A DNA stretch of 64,000 nucleotides from Candidatus Omnitrophota bacterium (GTDB taxonomy: Bacteria; Omnitrophota; Gorgyraeia; Zapsychrales; Fredricksoniimonadaceae), in contig CAIVRE010000008.1 of assembly GCA_903908245.1 (NCBI GenBank), forward strand, positions 1,432-65,431, written 5' to 3'. Of this stretch, positions 63,001 through 64,000 are shown in pieces; position 1 is the stretch's first letter; each line of letters begins with the position of its first letter. Below the pieces are notes generated by a model, which did no database searches, was not told the origin of the DNA, and saw only the letters and a program-made list of their open reading frames with translations. The translations under genes were made by a program, and so were the position numbers.

Positions 63001-63999
63001 AATGCTTTGATAAAGCGCTGTTTTCTCCTCCATAGTCCCTGCCGTAGCCAATGCCGCATTAAGCTTGGCAAGATCCCCTGGCGAAAGATTTGCAATTTTA
63101 GCCTGAAGAACCGCATCTTGCGTCTTTGCCGTCTGATCCATATCCCTTTGAACAGTTTGAGCATTTGCCGTAAGTTCCTCCACACCCCCCTGTCCAGCAT
63201 CTTTCAATGTGGAATTCAGACCTTCTCTTTCTTTTGATCTCTCCCACTCCGCAGCTCCACCCAACACAATTCCGGATACCATATTCATTGAAAGCCCGGC
63301 AACCATATTGAACTGGGCAGCGCTATATGTATAATTCCTTGACCCGTCATCTTTACCGATCGCCGACTCCCGCAATTTATCAAAAACAAGCCCTGTCCCG
63401 GCCACAAGAAGACCAGAAATCACACGTGCACCCATGTTGTCCCAAAGCTGCCCACTGGCCATTGATTTCTGTCCGGAATCCATCATCGTATAACCTACGC
63501 CATACGAAACAACCGCTGAAACACCCTGGCCGATCCCCTTGGAAAGAGCGCTGTCCGGATCGCCGCCGAAGGCATAGCGGGCAACACCGCCTGCCGCTTT
63601 ACCCACAGAATCAGCTACAACAGAAGAAAGATTTTTCGATAATGCTGCACCAAAACTCGCCCAGCTCACTTTGCCATAAGACGTTTCCGCCTTTGCCATG
63701 GCCTGATCCGCGTCCATATGCCCACCGTCAATGGCATCTTGCTTCAAAATCTTCTGCTGTTCCGCCTTAAGACCTTCTTGATTAGAAGGATCACTCACCC
63801 AAGCTTGTCCGGCAACAGCCTGAGACGCACCGTCATATGCCTTATATACATCACTGTTCATGATCGCTGCCGCTTTGGCATTGGTCATTCCACCGTCACT
63901 GGCATTGGCCTCCGCGATCTTTTGATTGATCAGATCTGCATTAGGCAGATCCGCACCCCCGGCCTGTGTCGGAAGAGCTTTGCCATCAGCAACAGTATT
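1..63999 (-). CDS. Giant multidomain membrane-associated protein (>=21,333 aa fragment; 5' and 3' ends lie outside the window), Omnitrophota-type giant gene
   Basis: The minus frame with codons on positions 1-3, 4-6... has no entry in the ORF track, although any internal stop would have produced one. The many lines translated by hand, including both window ends, show no TAA/TAG/TGA. Recognisable enzyme motifs from ~100 to ~49,200 all fall in this frame, and the long + strand ORFs (73, 4102, 7489, 15058, 17698, 24418, 32893...) are its antisense mirror. Confidence 0.95.
60..330 (-). other. Domain of giant protein: RAGP...HE-x8-H zincin-like module
   Basis: VRAGP (202-216), then LTLTHEFGAFLQFSHESN (H 103-105, second H 73-75). 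Confidence 0.5.
900..1150 (-). other. Predicted transmembrane helices within giant protein
   Basis: LGFVKFLGIPALIGGVASG, PALGIMISIFLLCLGGIARF, VLTLAPLYFGFIVTMLALSF. Confidence 0.65.
1700..2220 (-). other. Domain: class I SAM-dependent methyltransferase
   Basis: YSPTP before motif I, FFEFGSGA (motif I), AVAAELDP (motif II), EGDAF, DIFYFF. Confidence 0.8.
2530..2830 (-). other. Domain: GNAT-family acetyltransferase
   Basis: GIWVREDLRGRGLAGHL (acetyl-CoA-binding motif A), followed by VINPLLL...RFHF. Confidence 0.7.
2880..3290 (-). other. Domain: degenerate CPBP/Abi (CAAX-protease)-like membrane module
   Basis: Hydrophobic helices carrying IAPLIE, MAHN and LMHFMHN, in the order of the CPBP EE/FxxxH/HxxxN motifs but degenerate. 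Confidence 0.35.
3800..4800 (-). other. Domain: DHH-family phosphoesterase (family II inorganic pyrophosphatase/exopolyphosphatase-like, with DHHA2)
   Basis: VFADHMDIDSFVSA, VQVDS, TIDHH, ASAAFMI, IMSDTLNF, DILLDTK, MLRKEVV. Confidence 0.8.
4980..5300 (-). other. Domain: second (L)AGP...HE-x8-H module
   Basis: RILAGP (5134-5151), then TLVHELKAFASGDHRAA (H 5029, second H 4999); spacing similar to the copy at 73-213. Confidence 0.5.
5420..6260 (-). other. Domain: GT2 polyprenol-phosphate glycosyltransferase (ALG5/dolichyl-P-glucose synthase-like)
   Basis: IIPMFNE, FVDDG, RKGGAV, TDLD, GSR, DTQRGFKLF, GFSWDTE, EVPIAW. Confidence 0.88.
6420..6540 (-). other. Predicted transmembrane segment(s)
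   Basis: LAAPVILSAIGVSPLVIKLSIIVTLGILAVLVIRALSRNR. Confidence 0.65.
6660..7460 (-). other. Domain: DUF218/YdcF (ElyC/SanA superfamily)
   Basis: LVITSGRGRLT, VSEA, IMLETASTNTLEN, VIVIASPVQQRRT. Confidence 0.8.
7515..8030 (-). other. Domain: HATPase_c (GHKL) kinase-like, anti-sigma/RsbW-type without H-box
   Basis: N-box FEMLNNAVVFS, G1 SVRDLGEGID, G2 GGRGLLII, C-terminal GTRLTVRIP. Confidence 0.85.
8700..9815 (-). other. Domain: DUF1152-like
   Basis: VTLGGGGD, GVDMGGDVLA, IRSPVTD, LGGDG. Confidence 0.75.
10030..10470 (-). other. Domain: HAD-superfamily phosphatase (FCP1/NIF-like)
   Basis: AMDMDNTL (DxDxT), ARPG, LVLWS, FITRE, IKDVRLLG, VLVDD. Confidence 0.8.
10860..12090 (-). other. Domain: PEP-utilising phosphotransferase, PTS enzyme I (PtsI/PtsP)-like
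   Basis: Mobile domain VPTPSE...GSPQSHYALMAKS (phospho-His 11962-11964); barrel motifs IGLVRVE, TFRVIDLQEDK, VMFPMV, GTMVET, SFGTNDLT, SICGDMA. Confidence 0.9.
13380..13800 (-). other. Domain: third HE-x8-H module
   Basis: IVRHEVLELLGYSHSEA (H 13453, second H 13423). Confidence 0.5.
13870..15270 (-). other. Domain: GH13 alpha-amylase-family catalytic domain plus C-terminal beta domain
   Basis: WYQAMVRDF, DCFIANH (region I), GFGGLRLDAPK (II), FLAEA (III), SDGHD (IV), TLPGPFMLFNGQ. Confidence 0.9.
15310..16570 (-). other. Domain: amylo-alpha-1,6-glucosidase (glycogen debranching enzyme, GDE_C)
   Basis: WGRDTMI, GLLPN, YNSVDATFW, TWMDA, KAVEINALWY, FGLRTLS, YHQGTIWPWL, GCPAQAWS. Confidence 0.93.
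21780..21980 (-). other. Domain: small HExxH zincin-like metallopeptidase module
   Basis: ALRAPP (21862-21879), followed by VARHELLHF (HELLH 21823-21837). Confidence 0.55.
22200..23230 (-). other. Domain: calcineurin-like metallophosphoesterase (Shewanella-like PPP phosphatase type)
   Basis: LADVHG, HWIGGDTTVIQLGD, LMGNHE, FVHGG, VVGHS. Confidence 0.9.
23340..23620 (-). other. Pro-rich linker followed by transmembrane helix and basic stop-transfer residues
   Basis: P/V/A/T-rich stretch, then LWILYASLAGLLALAAGSVVAWMLRKK. Confidence 0.7.
23640..24480 (-). other. Domain: clan GH-A (GH2/GH5/GH17-like) TIM-barrel glycoside hydrolase, probably extracytoplasmic
   Basis: IRGVCFS, DIRTY, HPALRYIVLGNE (acid/base E ~24193), ANVYRW, VLGEAGAD (nucleophile E ~23923), FVFELTNESWK, NENDFGL; flanked by TM segments on both sides. 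Confidence 0.85.
24760..25500 (-). other. Ala/Lys/Glu-rich helical spacer (TolA-like composition)
   Basis: EAAARDAADPVKAAAKKAAEDAQKAEEAAKKVKEDAKKVE. Confidence 0.6.
26300..29200 (-). other. Domain: processive membrane glucan synthase, FKS/callose synthase (GT48)-like, GT-A fold
   Basis: TM cluster, then VRLIEYING, KEWANRQLPTGY, AKWNQ, NIDADH, AAYGKL, YVAEDA, YVKDEKG, IRKWS, GFGFYF, further TMs and GRFISTG; collinear with FKS motifs RRISFF, IWASLRSQTLY, KxENQN, IDANQ, HYGHPD, SEDI, QxGKGRD, PGF, ARYISTG. Confidence 0.75.
30350..30520 (-). other. ComEA-type helix-hairpin-helix motif
   Basis: TDVNGDGVQTFESMGFTLSQAQLIVRERQLKGAYRNEADL resembles the ComEA HhH consensus. Confidence 0.5.
30660..36300 (-). 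other. Large beta-strand-rich ectodomain (RHS/YD-like hairpins, one DxNxNG Ca-binding-like motif)
   Basis: Bounded by a signal-like helix (36346-36414) and a TM helix (30540-30620); Y/T/V/D/G-rich strands (GYDRQGH, TTYTDFDPVTS); YYQDENRNGKFDEGE at ~33195-33240. Confidence 0.45.
37349..37613. repeat. 37-bp direct repeat (37349-37385 and 37577-37613, 1 mismatch) inside a low-complexity coding linker
   Basis: accttact(c/t)gtattcgctactgtactaccattgccct occurs twice; encodes GNGSTVANTSKV. Confidence 0.85.
37860..38220 (-). other. Pro/Thr-rich linker plus two hydrophobic helices
   Basis: PPTPTPGPTPTPGPAPAPVVP, then GGMGLMGLLFTLTPNTASA and LPVIVFGVVLALAVLGARYF. Confidence 0.65.
39600..41520 (-). 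other. Domain: second, more divergent SecA-like SF2 ATPase
   Basis: IAKIGTGAGKSS (41440-41475), YDDELS (41101-41118), PPXD-like AMAMYKEGE...KKVYLVNSYG...SDP, LTGS, motif VI-like EIDQGLGRSRG (~39997-40029). Confidence 0.6.
47100..49300 (-). other. Domain: SecA-like SF2 (DEAD/H) ATPase
   Basis: Q-motif RFDIREEQ, Walker A VGGGKST (49108-49128), GKKVALVATSDDL, MDEFH (48793-48807), GMTGTA (48115-48132), GLAHIIGT...VQQPTRIG...PGTMDFFV. Confidence 0.78.
52950..54700 (-). other. Gly/Ala-rich hydrophobic/amphipathic helical region (possibly membrane-inserting)
   Basis: DGVITAVELGTALFSAGTSVLAA, VLVYAALGAGVATAA, QAGVSSALMARAGGWLG and similar segments over ~580 codons. Confidence 0.45.
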
Positions 64000-64000
64000 C

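Noticed and set aside
612-63200. Short minus-strand ORFs in the ORF track
   Set aside because: All lie in the two other minus frames, overlap the giant CDS and have implausible R/S/W-rich composition.
1-64000. Alternative genetic code, frameshift or stop readthrough as the explanation for the long ORF
   Set aside because: Not needed: the frame is open under the standard code and stays constant across the window.

Overview
The whole 64-kb window is best read as an internal fragment of one giant protein-coding gene on the minus strand. Its codons align to positions 1-3, 4-6 and so on, giving at least 21,333 codons with neither start nor stop inside the window. The ORF track misses it because it is open at both ends: no listed minus-strand ORF falls in this frame, and most long plus-strand ORFs are its antisense shadows. 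Manual translation, N to C (64000 to 1), gives this order: lower-GC beta-rich regions and Gly/Ala-rich hydrophobic regions; a helical region; two SecA-like SF2 ATPase domains; Pro-rich and low-complexity linkers; an internal signal-peptide-like helix followed by a ~1,900-aa beta-rich ectodomain; a ComEA-like HhH motif; an FKS/callose-synthase (GT48)-like polytopic glucan synthase; and an extracytoplasmic clan GH-A glycoside hydrolase. A long string of enzyme domains follows: metallophosphatase, HExxH zincin-like module, glycogen debranching enzyme, GH13, PTS enzyme I, HAD phosphatase, DUF1152, HATPase_c, DUF218, ALG5-like GT2, DHH phosphoesterase, CPBP-like membrane module, GNAT and SAM methyltransferase. 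These are punctuated by TM helices and a recurring (R/L)AGP...HE-x8-H module. The architecture resembles giant proteins described from Omnitrophota (OP3); that taxonomic link is inference. Domain calls come from motifs read by eye and boundaries are approximate. No RNA genes, CRISPR arrays or mobile elements were seen.
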